Source: an uncultured Clostridiaceae bacterium
GTDB taxonomy: Bacteria > Bacillota > Clostridia > Saccharofermentanales > UBA5734
Direction: 5' to 3'
Length of the DNA: 64,000 nucleotides
Assembly (NCBI GenBank): GCA_942493365.1
Contig: OW818697.1
Span: forward strand, 418,634 to 482,633
This document shows, piece after piece, positions 49,921-58,689 of this stretch. The notes under the pieces are model-generated. The model made no database searches, was not told the DNA's origin, and worked only from the letters and a program-made list of their open reading frames with translations. Every line of letters starts with the position of its first letter. Within the stretch, counting starts at the first letter, position 1. A program made the translations under genes and the position numbers.

Positions 49921-50739
49921 ATGTTTTGTCCAAGTTGTGGTACCAAGAATGATGATGGCGCCCGTTTTTGCAGCTCCTGCGGCCGCCCCTTCAACGGCGC
50001 ACCCGTCGCCGCACCCGTCGCCCAGGCCGCGCCCGTCGCCGCGCCGATCCAACCCCTGAAATACGAAATATTCGGTGCCAACCTGCCAGCCGTCTCAATT
50101 CGGCTCAACGCCGGCGAGTGCATTTACACCCAGTCGGGCGGCATGACCTGGATGGACAACGGCATCATGATGGAAACCAACATGAAGGGCGGCCTGATGA
50201 AGGGCCTGGGCCGGATGTTTTCCGGCGACTCCCTCTTCATGGCCACCTATACAGCCAGCCAGCCCAATCAGGAAATCGTCATCGCCAGCACCTTCCCGGG
50301 CAGCATCGCCGCGGTCGAACTGACCGGCGGCTCGGTCATCGCCCAGAAGTCGGCCTTCCTCTGCGCCCAACCCAGCGTCAACCTCAGCGCTTATGTGACC
50401 AAGGGCCTGGGCGCCGGCTTGTTCGGCGGCGAAGGCTTCATCCTGCAACGCCTCACCGGCGTCGGCACGGTGATGCTTGAAATTGACGGTAGCCTGGTGG
50501 AGCGCATTTTGGCTCCCGGCGAGGTCATCAAGGTTGACACCGGCAATGTGGCCGCTTTCGAAGACAGCGTGAATTATCAGGCCGAAATGGTCAAGGGCTT
50601 CAAGAACATCCTGTTCGGCGGTGAAGGCCTCTTCCTGACGACTCTGACCGGTCCAGGCAAAGTCTGGCTGCAAACCATGAACCTGCCGAGCTTTGCCAAA
50701 TCACTGATCCCATTTTTACCCAAACCATCGGGCACCTGA
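49921..50739 (+). CDS. zinc-ribbon fused AIM24/TIGR00266 family protein
   Basis: N-terminal 'CPSCGTKNDDGARFCSSCG' is followed by 'SGGMTWMD', 'GDSLFM.TY', 'GGEGFILQRLTG.G' and 'GGEGLFLTTLTGPGKVWLQ', the AIM24 (DUF124) blocks. Confidence 0.75.
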   Translation: MFCPSCGTKNDDGARFCSSCGRPFNGAPVAAPVAQAAPVAAPIQPLKYEIFGANLPAVSIRLNAGECIYTQSGGMTWMDNGIMMETNMKGGLMKGLGRMFSGDSLFMATYTASQPNQEIVIASTFPGSIAAVELTGGSVIAQKSAFLCAQPSVNLSAYVTKGLGAGLFGGEGFILQRLTGVGTVMLEIDGSLVERILAPGEVIKVDTGNVAAFEDSVNYQAEMVKGFKNILFGGEGLFLTTLTGPGKVWLQTMNLPSFAKSLIPFLPKPSGT

Positions 50740-50766
50740 CAAGCACAAGAAAAACACCATCAAAAA

Positions 50767-50793
50767 AGCACGGGAGGCCATCCCGTGCTTTTA
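50767..50793. terminator. bidirectional rho-independent terminator
   Basis: The stem pairs AGCACGGGA (50767-50775) with TCCCGTGCT (50781-50789). It is flanked by an A run upstream and TTTTATTT downstream, between convergent genes. Confidence 0.75.
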
Positions 50794-50794
50794 T

Positions 50795-51691
50795 TTAGTC
50801 AAGACGTTCCAATTGGGAGCCGTCCGGCTGAATGCGGTAGCGCACAGCCGAATCATCACGCTCGGGTCCGGCAAAACTGGTGAAATAAAGCCAGCCGCCC
50901 GATTCAGACATGCCCCAGGCGTAATTGCTATAAATGGTGGTGGTATCATGCTTGAAAATATCGTAGCGATAAATATGAGCCGAATCATCGACGGCATAAG
51001 CTGAATAGAATTTGTACTGACCGATTTTGACAAAGAGCGAACCGGGGTGGTTAATGTTGTTGATCGAGCCCGGATTGGCGAGCGGCACGTCATCATCTTC
51101 CAATTGAACGATGGTCGAAGTCGGCTGATTTGATTTGAGCATCAGATGAACATTGTCGCCAGCGGCGAGCAGAATCGTGATGAAGAGAAAAACGCCCAAA
51201 ACAGCTGCGACAGACGCTGCGCCGATGCGCAGCCAGCGCGGATCGTAGCGAACCCTGAGCGGTTTGACAAATTCAATCTGCTCATCAATCGCCAAATCGG
51301 TCTGGTCGACATCCTGCGTTTCGAATTCGCTGCGGTTGATGATCAAGATGCGCCAGTTAGCGTCCTCGACAATTTTGGTGATGGTCCTGGCAATGACACC
51401 AAGATCAAGCACGGTATCGACACGCGTTCCGTCGCTGGTCAGTTTGGAGAAAATAACCTTGCAATACAAAACCGGATCGCTGTCAGCGACCTTCTCGGCG
51501 ATCATAACTTTTGAAGCAGCCGAATCAAGCTTGACCGTCAACTCATAGTGGATCGGATCAACATGCCAGTTCCAAAGCGCGTCGACAAAATCACATTTTA
51601 CCGAAAGGGCGTGCGTACCTTGTAAAACGTATGGAACGCCCAAACGAGCGAGTTCATTGGAAATCTGACGCAGAATCGAAAGATGATTCAT
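50795..51691 (-). CDS. single-pass membrane protein with short DUF5050-like C-terminal region
   Basis: The 298-aa product has a cytoplasmic N-domain and the TM helix 'AASVAAVLGVFLFITILLAAG'. The C-terminal 'IYRYD...GGWLYF...YRIQPDGS' resembles beta-propeller blades of DUF5050. Confidence 0.5.
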   Translation of the reverse strand: MNHLSILRQISNELARLGVPYVLQGTHALSVKCDFVDALWNWHVDPIHYELTVKLDSAASKVMIAEKVADSDPVLYCKVIFSKLTSDGTRVDTVLDLGVIARTITKIVEDANWRILIINRSEFETQDVDQTDLAIDEQIEFVKPLRVRYDPRWLRIGAASVAAVLGVFLFITILLAAGDNVHLMLKSNQPTSTIVQLEDDDVPLANPGSINNINHPGSLFVKIGQYKFYSAYAVDDSAHIYRYDIFKHDTTTIYSNYAWGMSESGGWLYFTSFAGPERDDSAVRYRIQPDGSQLERLD

Positions 51692-51804
51692 GGACTGCCT
51701 CCAGGAACGATTTTTACCAGTTTAACACAACACAATGACGTTTTGCATAACATTATTCACAATTCACGAATAATGTTAGGCAAAACGCTTAGGCGTGAAC
51801 AGGG

Positions 51805-52197
51805 TCATCCACTGGCGCCAGCGGTTGTGTCGACGATGGTCGTGGTGGCGACTGTCGTCGTCGCCGCTGTCGTCGGTGCTGTCGTCGCCGCTGTCGTCGG
51901 TGCACCCGTCGTTGGCGCGGCAGTCGGCTTGGTCGTGGGCTTGACGGTCGTGGGCTTGACGGTCGTGGCAGGCGTCGTTGACCCCACGGATGGCACGGTG
52001 CTCGTCGCAATGACTGTCTCGGTTGACGTGGTGTCGCTGGGGGCCGTTACGGATTCGCCAGTGATCGTGGACACGGCGACGGCGATCTCAGTCGGGCTGT
52101 AATACTTTGAAACCTGAAGGCCATAAAAAAGCGAAAAGCCAACAACGAATTCAACAAACAGCGTGACGAGCAAAACAAATTTGAACTTCGCTATCAT
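51805..52197 (-). CDS. membrane-anchored Thr/Pro-rich low-complexity protein
   Basis: The N-terminal helix 'FKFVLLVTLFVEFVVGFSLF' is followed by a long T/P/A/V-rich tail. The start at 52197 was chosen to avoid overlap with the upstream PepSY gene; the ORF opens at 52401. Confidence 0.4.
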   Translation of the reverse strand: MIAKFKFVLLVTLFVEFVVGFSLFYGLQVSKYYSPTEIAVAVSTITGESVTAPSDTTSTETVIATSTVPSVGSTTPATTVKPTTVKPTTKPTAAPTTGAPTTAATTAPTTAATTTVATTTIVDTTAGASG

Positions 52198-52201
52198 AGG
52201 G

Positions 52202-52717
52202 CTAATCATCCTCTGCTTCGTCATCGTGCGAATCGTCTTCGCTCGCAAGCGTCTCTCGCTCCAACTCGAGGATCGAGCCGGTGACTGCATGAATATCGAT
52301 CTCGTAGCGATAATTACCAGAGATGAGTTCGATTTCGTAAACAGGCGGATTGTCATCGGCATCCAGACTGACTTCCAAGAAGGCGGGACTGCCGCCGACA
52401 TAACCGGCCGCGATCGCTCTGGCCTGTGCGGCCGATATCAATCCCGTAACCGGTGCCGGGGCAATCGTATCCGCAGGCGAAGCAATCGTTGTCTCGACAG
52501 GCAACGTTGGCACGGTCGTTTCGCTGGGCGCGGCGGTGTCGCTGGGCGCGGTCGGTTCCGTTGGCGCTTCGGTACCGGGTTGGGTCGGTGCTTCGATCGA
52601 CGGACTCGTGCGGATCGGCCCCGTAAGCAGTTCAGCGGCCATGGCCCCGATGCCGCCAGCGGCCAGCAATATGACCAGTATCGTGCCGACCAGCGGCAAA
52701 ATCTGTTTCTTCATCAA
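52202..52717 (-). CDS. PepSY domain membrane-anchored protein
   Basis: It has a signal anchor and a Pro/Thr linker. 'ISAAQARAIAAGYVGG...EVSLDADDNPPVYEIEL..G..RYEIDIHAVTGSILE' is the PepSY pattern. Confidence 0.7.
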   Translation of the reverse strand: MMKKQILPLVGTILVILLAAGGIGAMAAELLTGPIRTSPSIEAPTQPGTEAPTEPTAPSDTAAPSETTVPTLPVETTIASPADTIAPAPVTGLISAAQARAIAAGYVGGSPAFLEVSLDADDNPPVYEIELISGNYRYEIDIHAVTGSILELERETLASEDDSHDDEAEDD

Positions 52718-52855
52718 TAATCAACTCCTGACAAAAGTAATCGGTGTAGCCATACTTTATGCCAACAGTCAGGTTGTCACAAGTCGAGATCACGCAGATT
52801 GGCAGGTTTTGACGAATAATCAACATGTTTGCTTTTGCGTGTTGATTATTTGCAG

Positions 52856-53194
52856 CTAGTCCTCGTCGTCCTTCTCGTATTCGATGACCGCGCCGGTGAC
52901 GGCATGGATTTTGATTTCATAACGCTGTCCGTCACAGATGACCGACACCTCGTAGCTCAGCGGATTTTCGTCGCTCTCAAACGAGCTCTTAACGACCTGA
53001 CCCTGCGGACAGACAAGAGCCAACGCGATTGCTTCGGCCTGGCCAGCTGAGATATAGGGCGCACTGGGGCTTGCCGACGCGGTCGTCTCGGGCGACCGGG
53101 CGCCGACGATTTGAAAAGCCAGCAAAACAGCCAGGGTCAGCAGCGCCAAAGCGAGAACGGCGATAATCAAATAAAGCAGCCACGAGCGTTTCAT
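52856..53194 (-). CDS. PepSY domain membrane-anchored protein
   Basis: It has a signal anchor and 'ISAGQAEAIAL...ESDENPLSYEVSV..DGQRYEIKIHAVTGAVIE'. Its start overlaps the AraC-sensor gene stop in an ATGA. Confidence 0.7.
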   Translation of the reverse strand: MKRSWLLYLIIAVLALALLTLAVLLAFQIVGARSPETTASASPSAPYISAGQAEAIALALVCPQGQVVKSSFESDENPLSYEVSVICDGQRYEIKIHAVTGAVIEYEKDDED

Positions 53195-55089
53195 GGCAAG
53201 TCCCCCCGCCGCTTGGCTCGACGGTATTCGTCGGTGGTCATACCGATCCTCTTTTTGAAGAGCGTGTAGAAATAGCGGCTGTCCAGATAACCGACCTGCT
53301 CGGAGATTTCGCGCGCGGTCAATTCCGTCGCCGTCAGCAGTTCGCAGGCGCGTTCCAGGCGGAAGGCGATCAACTGCTCGTTGATCGGCAATCCGCGCTC
53401 CAGCTTATAAATCTGGCGCAGGTAACCAACCGATAAACCGATTTTTTCGGCGACTTCATCAATGGCAAAATCCGTCCGTCCGTAGTTGGCCTGAATCATC
53501 TGATCGATGGTCTCGGCGACGGCAACTCGATTTTGGTTGGCACCCAGCAGTCCGTGCTCGATTTCGCTGTAAGGCACAAGCTGACCGGCGCCGAGTGAGC
53601 CCGCCTGCTGCGCCGCCGCCAAAGCGTTGCGGTAACTGGCTTTGACAGCATCCGGACTGGTGACAACCGAACCAATACCGATCGAAACGGTGATGCGCAT
53701 TGTCGCGGCGACCATTTTCTGGAGTTCGGCCAGATGGTTCAGGATCCAGTCCATTTCGGTCTCGTCAAAGACGGCAGCATTGAAGACAACCGCCACGCTG
53801 CCGGAGGCGACCGGCGCGGCCGGCAGGCGGATAATCTGTCGCGTCAGGCGGACAATTTCGTCGAGCGCAGCCCGATCAGGATGCTGATCGGGCAGGATGA
53901 CGACCACCAGAAAACTGGTATGGAAAAACGACAGCACGCGCTGCGACTGGTCGTTGTGACCGCCCTGCAGCAAGCGCAGCAAGTGCGACTGCTGGTTTTC
54001 CGCCACCAGACCGCCGAAGGCTTCACCCAGATAAGCGTACTCGCCCTGCCCGGCTTCGGCCTGCACCGCAGGGTTTTCGCGCATGGCACGGATCAGCTTG
54101 CCGAGCGGCCGATAGATGCTGCGGGTCGAGAAAATGCTGATGAGCAGGCTGAGCAGGATGGTGCCAACAAAAAGCAGCGCGATGATGCTGTTGGTTCGAC
54201 GAACCGGCTGCAGCAACTGATCGAGGGCGATGATGTTGACGAAGACGAAGCCCAGCGTGTCGGCCTTTTTGTAGGTGATCAGGGACTGCGCCCCCAAGTA
54301 GTCGGCGGTCAGACTGCCGCTGGTTGTATCGCGCGCCAGGATTTCTTCGTAAATTTTGGCTTCCGGGAAATCATGCCCAAGCAGCGAGCTGTCGAGGTCC
54401 GAGACGATCTTGCCCGAGCGACTGACCACCATCATGCGGCTGCGCTGATCGATGTTGACCAGTGCCGACAGCCGATCCTGGTCGATGTTGACGATCAGAC
54501 CGGCCGACAGCGAGCCGTCAGGCGACTGGACCGCCAGCACGATGGAGATGAAGTTGTGTTCGGCCGTGCTGCCATCGCGTACCACCTCGGCCTGCCGCGG
54601 AAAGAAAACCTCATTTTTGTAGGCCTGATAATTGGTGTCAAAATCCGCGAACAAGGCAAGCGCCCCCGGGTCGTCATAATCAGCCAACGCCGTGGGGTCG
54701 GACAGATTGGAGATCACGCGGCCGGCGGGCAGGTTGATCAGGCAAACCGAATAGACGATCGGATCGCGGAAGGCCGTGGCCTCGAGCAGCCTGGCGATCG
54801 ACTTTTCCTCCGCGGCCGTCAGGCTGGTCGCGCTCAGCGCCGCCAAAATGGCCGGATCCTTGGACCACAGGTAATAGAAGTCGCCGTATACGTCGGTCAG
54901 TGCCCCATAGCTGGTGTTGTAGGCCTGATCCAGCATTTGCCGAGCGTTCTCGCGCCGCTGCTCGGTGAGCTGGTCGGAGACAAAGGACGACACCAAAAAG
55001 AGCAAAAGCCCCGTCAATACCGCGCCAGTCAGCAAAAAAGACACAACAATTCTGGCCAGCAGCTGGTTGTTCCTGAATCCTTTCAGCAT
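53191..55089 (-). CDS. transmembrane one-component AraC-family regulator (TM, extracytoplasmic sensor, TM, linker, HTH_AraC)
   Basis: Two TM helices flank about 270 aa. The C-terminal 'EVAEKIGLSVGYLRQIYK...ISEQVGYLDSRYFYTLFKKRIGMT..EYRR' forms the AraC HTH pair. The ATG at 55089 lies 1 nt after the upstream stop; the ORF opens at 55326. Confidence 0.75.
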   Translation of the reverse strand: MLKGFRNNQLLARIVVSFLLTGAVLTGLLLFLVSSFVSDQLTEQRRENARQMLDQAYNTSYGALTDVYGDFYYLWSKDPAILAALSATSLTAAEEKSIARLLEATAFRDPIVYSVCLINLPAGRVISNLSDPTALADYDDPGALALFADFDTNYQAYKNEVFFPRQAEVVRDGSTAEHNFISIVLAVQSPDGSLSAGLIVNIDQDRLSALVNIDQRSRMMVVSRSGKIVSDLDSSLLGHDFPEAKIYEEILARDTTSGSLTADYLGAQSLITYKKADTLGFVFVNIIALDQLLQPVRRTNSIIALLFVGTILLSLLISIFSTRSIYRPLGKLIRAMRENPAVQAEAGQGEYAYLGEAFGGLVAENQQSHLLRLLQGGHNDQSQRVLSFFHTSFLVVVILPDQHPDRAALDEIVRLTRQIIRLPAAPVASGSVAVVFNAAVFDETEMDWILNHLAELQKMVAATMRITVSIGIGSVVTSPDAVKASYRNALAAAQQAGSLGAGQLVPYSEIEHGLLGANQNRVAVAETIDQMIQANYGRTDFAIDEVAEKIGLSVGYLRQIYKLERGLPINEQLIAFRLERACELLTATELTAREISEQVGYLDSRYFYTLFKKRIGMTTDEYRRAKRRGDLP

Positions 55090-55090
55090 A

Positions 55091-56461
55091 CTAACGGGGC
55101 ATTTCCCGGATGTCTGAACCGTCAAGGTTGCAGGCATAAAGAATGGCCGCCATGTTGCTGGAAGCAGCGTCCATGACGTATTCAATGAAAACGATGTGGT
55201 CATCGACCAGGTTGATGTAGGTGCCTTGCGATTCGCCGCTGAACAACAGCATTTCGTTGGACCCATCAAAATCCATGCTGTAAAGATCGTAGGGGTAGGC
55301 ATTGTTCTCGGTATTGAGGGTTTCACTCATGAAGGTCATAAAAAGTTTGTCGCCATATGAATTGAGGGACGCGACATAAGTGCCGCCAAACGGGCGGATG
55401 AGCGTGTCATTACCGCCATCGAGATCGGCGATGCGGACATCGCCCGCTTCGTTGGTGTAGACCAGCCGGCCTTGACCGACAAAGAAGCTGACGGCATCGC
55501 TGAGCACTTCGAGCTGATCATGGCCATCCAGATCAGCCGAGTAGAGCTTGTTGGCGGTGTCGTTATAGATCAGTTGGTCGTTGTAGATCGTGTAGGAGCC
55601 GTAGAATTCATCGAGGATGGTCTCTTCATGGCTACCGTCAAGATCAGAGCGGTACAGCTGATACTTGGTTTCGTCAGCCGGATCATAACCGCCATAGTAG
55701 AGCTTGTCGCCGACCACATTGAGGGAAAAGCAGTCTTTGTTGTTCAGCTGTTCAAAACCGCTGCCGTCAATGGCCACCCGATAAATATTGTAGTCATCGG
55801 TGGCCAGGGGGCCTTCATTGCCGCTAAAATAAATCCAGTCGCCAGCGACGACAACATACCAGGCAAACCCGTCAAAGAGCATGTCCAAGGTGCCGTCTGA
55901 GGCATTCATGCGATAAAGATGAGCAGACGGCGTGGTGTCAAATGACGTGTAATAAACATAGTCACCGCGCAGGTAAAAGAACTGGCCGGCGTAATTGTTG
56001 CCCAGATCATCGGGGCTAACGCCGTCGGAAATGACCAGGTCGCTATAGGCAGGTATAATATCGGTGGTAATGACGGTGACTTCGGCGCTTGTGCCAGAAG
56101 TTTCCTGAGAGGGCTTGGCCGTGTTGCTGGTCGGCTGGGGCTTGCCGCCGCCGAGCAGGATGAAAGTCGCTATACCGCCAGCGATGACCAGCACCGCGAC
56201 AATGATCAGGATGAGGATCAGCGGCAGCTTGGACTTCTTAACCGGAGCCGGTCGCTGCACAGCATACGGTGGCTGATTGTATTGCACCGGTGGCGCGTAA
56301 ACCGGCGGCGGTGGCGCGTAAACCGGCGGCGGTGGCGCGACGGGCGCTGACGGGGCGACCGGATCGTTGGTCGCGCCGCATTGATTGCAGAAACGCGCGC
56401 CGGGCGGCATGACCGCGCCGCAGCTGATGCAGAAACGAACGGGATTTGCTTGATCACTCAT
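55091..56461 (-). CDS. zinc-ribbon, Pro-rich, single-pass membrane protein with DUF5050-like beta-propeller ectodomain
   Basis: It has 'CISCGAVMPPGARFCNQCG', a PPPVYAPPPPVYAPP repeat and a TM helix. Repeated blades 'G(D/N)W(I/L)Y(F/Y)...LYR...DG' follow. Confidence 0.65.
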   Translation of the reverse strand: MSDQANPVRFCISCGAVMPPGARFCNQCGATNDPVAPSAPVAPPPPVYAPPPPVYAPPVQYNQPPYAVQRPAPVKKSKLPLILILIIVAVLVIAGGIATFILLGGGKPQPTSNTAKPSQETSGTSAEVTVITTDIIPAYSDLVISDGVSPDDLGNNYAGQFFYLRGDYVYYTSFDTTPSAHLYRMNASDGTLDMLFDGFAWYVVVAGDWIYFSGNEGPLATDDYNIYRVAIDGSGFEQLNNKDCFSLNVVGDKLYYGGYDPADETKYQLYRSDLDGSHEETILDEFYGSYTIYNDQLIYNDTANKLYSADLDGHDQLEVLSDAVSFFVGQGRLVYTNEAGDVRIADLDGGNDTLIRPFGGTYVASLNSYGDKLFMTFMSETLNTENNAYPYDLYSMDFDGSNEMLLFSGESQGTYINLVDDHIVFIEYVMDAASSNMAAILYACNLDGSDIREMPR

Positions 56462-56547
56462 ACGAAATCCTCCTGCCTCTTGATAAAATCAGTTTATCAT
56501 AATTGCAGAACCATGTGCTATGATATCTCTTAATAGGAAGTGATAAC

Positions 56548-57270
56548 ATGGACATTTCGATCCGCCAGGCCGGCAAAAAATTCGGCCGGCTCCAAGCCCT
56601 GCAAGACATCACGCTGGACGTCCAGTCGGGCCAGCTGCTCGGTCTGCTCGGCCCCTCCGGCTCGGGCAAAACGACGCTGATCCGCCTGATCACCGGTGCC
56701 ATCACCAGCGACACCGGCAGCATTACGGTCGGCGGCAAACTGATGCCCAACCGCGCCATCTTGCGCCAGATCGGCTTCATGCCGCAGAGCGACGCGCTGT
56801 ACACCGATCTGTCCGGCCTCGACAACCTGCGCTTCTTCGGTCATCTCTTCGGCCTGCGCGGCGCGGCGCTGGACAAACGCGCCATCGATCTTCTGGAACA
56901 GCTCAACCTGGCCGAACACCGGCAGCGCATGGTGGCGGATTATTCGGGCGGCATGCGCAAGCGCCTGTCGCTGGCCATCACGCTGCTGCACGAGCCGCCG
57001 GTGCTGCTTTTAGACGAGCCAACCGTCGGCATTGACCCGCTCCTGCGCCGCTCGATCTGGGATCTCTTCGACGGCTTCTGCCGCGCCGGCCGCACGCTGA
57101 TCGTCTCAACCCACGTCATGGACGAGGCCGAGCGCTGCCAACGCGTCGCCTTGCTGCACAACGGCCGCCTGCTGGCCCACGACACCGTCGCCCAGCTCAA
57201 GGCCAACGCACCGGGCGGCTCGCTCGAGGCGCTGTTTATCAGCGACAACGCTGGGGAGGTGGGCGCATGA
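56548..57270 (+). CDS. ABC transporter ATP-binding protein
   Basis: It has Walker A 'GPSGSGKTT', the signature 'YSGGMRKRL' and Walker B 'LLLDEPT'. Confidence 0.9.
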   Translation: MDISIRQAGKKFGRLQALQDITLDVQSGQLLGLLGPSGSGKTTLIRLITGAITSDTGSITVGGKLMPNRAILRQIGFMPQSDALYTDLSGLDNLRFFGHLFGLRGAALDKRAIDLLEQLNLAEHRQRMVADYSGGMRKRLSLAITLLHEPPVLLLDEPTVGIDPLLRRSIWDLFDGFCRAGRTLIVSTHVMDEAERCQRVALLHNGRLLAHDTVAQLKANAPGGSLEALFISDNAGEVGA

Positions 57271-58289
57271 TCAGCTTGATGATCCGCATCTTCCGCCAAA
57301 TTGGCCACGATCCGCGCTCGCTGGCCATGCTGCTGTTCGCGCCGCTCTTGGTGCTGAGCCTGCTCTTCTTCCTCCTGGGCGATTCGTCCTACCAGCCGAC
57401 GATCATCGCCTCCGGCCTGCCCGCGCCGATCTACGACGCGCTGGGCGACGAGGCGGTCACTCTGACCGAAGCCGACGCTGACCTCAGCCTGACGGCAGCC
57501 GATCAGCTGCTGGCGGACGGCCAGACCGACGCCGTCATCCTCTACACGACCGACGGCATCACCATCCGCATGCACGACGCCGACAGCGTCAAATCCGAAA
57601 AAATCATCAAGGCCCTACGCGCCGCCATGGCCACCGTCGCACCGCAGAACAGCATGACGCTGACGACGATCTATGGTGATCCCGACGCCAATATGTTCAA
57701 TTCGATGGGTTATATTTTTCTCGGCATTTTGTCCTTCTTCTTCGTCTATCTGATTGCCGGCATCGCCTTCGTGCGCGAACGCACGACCGGCACGCTCGAG
57801 CGCCTGATGATGACGCCCATCCACCGCTGGCAGATCGTCGGCGGCTACTTCCTCGGCCTCGGCCTGTTCGCCTCGATCCAAAGCATCCTGATTGTGCTCT
57901 TTACCCACACCGTGCTCGGCATGCCCTACCTCGGGCCGCTGCCGGCCGCTATGCTGGTCATGGTGCTGCTCAGCCTGACCGCCGTCGCCCTCGGCGCCGT
58001 CGTCTCCAGCCTGGCCAACAACGAATTCCAGGTCGTGCAGACCATCCCGATCATCATCGTGCCGCAGATCTTTTTCACCGGCCTGATCCCGATCGACACC
58101 CTGCCCTTTGGGCTCGGCAATCTAGCCTACATCATGCCGGTCTACTACGGCTGCGAAGGGCTCAAGGCCATCCTGACCCGCGGAGAAACCTTCGGCGGCA
58201 TCTTCAAGGTGCTGCTGGGGCTGCTGATCATCCTGATCGTGCTGTTTGTGGCCAATACGCTGGTGCTGAAGAAATACCGGAAAACGTAA
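57267..58289 (+). CDS. ABC-2 type transporter permease
   Basis: The 340-aa product has one N-terminal TM helix, a large loop and five C-terminal TM helices. Its start overlaps the ATPase gene stop in an ATGA. Confidence 0.8.
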   Translation: MISLMIRIFRQIGHDPRSLAMLLFAPLLVLSLLFFLLGDSSYQPTIIASGLPAPIYDALGDEAVTLTEADADLSLTAADQLLADGQTDAVILYTTDGITIRMHDADSVKSEKIIKALRAAMATVAPQNSMTLTTIYGDPDANMFNSMGYIFLGILSFFFVYLIAGIAFVRERTTGTLERLMMTPIHRWQIVGGYFLGLGLFASIQSILIVLFTHTVLGMPYLGPLPAAMLVMVLLSLTAVALGAVVSSLANNEFQVVQTIPIIIVPQIFFTGLIPIDTLPFGLGNLAYIMPVYYGCEGLKAILTRGETFGGIFKVLLGLLIILIVLFVANTLVLKKYRKT

Positions 58290-58338
58290 CCGGTTTCGCG
58301 TAAACCAAAGGTAACGGATTACACAGGAGGGGATTAAT

Positions 58339-58614
58339 ATGACAACCGGATCAAGTGGAAATACCAATAAATCAAACAGCCGAAAACTGTCCAAGTGGGG
58401 GAACGGCGTAGGCATTCGAATTCCAAAAGAATTTCTTGCGGCAGCAAATCTTCATACAGAGGATGAAGTCAGTATTTCTGAGGTTAATGGCCAAATCATT
58501 ATCGAGAAGCGCTTTAAACACAAAACCTTCGCTGAGCGAATGGCAGGGTACAACGGTGACTACAAAGCGACCGAGTTTGATTGGGGTAAACCGGTCGGAA
58601 ATGAGGTTTGGTGA
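58339..58614 (+). CDS. mazE: AbrB/MazE/SpoVT-family antitoxin
   Basis: 'LSKWGNGVGIRIPKEFL......EDEV.I....G.III' is the swapped-hairpin MazE pattern. Confidence 0.75.
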   Translation: MTTGSSGNTNKSNSRKLSKWGNGVGIRIPKEFLAAANLHTEDEVSISEVNGQIIIEKRFKHKTFAERMAGYNGDYKATEFDWGKPVGNEVW

Positions 58615-58664
58615 TGTTGAGGGCGCCAGAACAAGGCGATATTATTCAGGCCATCATCGAATAG
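58614..58664 (+). pseudogene. truncated mazF/pemK-like toxin stub (16 codons)
   Basis: A TGATG stop/start overlap with mazE is followed by 'MLRAPEQGDIIQAIIE*'. 'P..GDI' matches the MazF N-terminus, and the rest of the gene is absent. Confidence 0.5.
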
Positions 58665-58689
58665 ACAGCTCTATTTTTGCGCACGCTAT

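Noticed and set aside
51683-52102. A 139-aa plus-strand Val/Ala/Gly-rich ORF.
   Set aside because: It is the mirror image of the Thr/Pro-rich tail of the minus-strand membrane-anchored protein. Low-complexity repeats read open on both strands, and only the minus strand provides a signal-anchor helix and operon context. Even that call carries low confidence.
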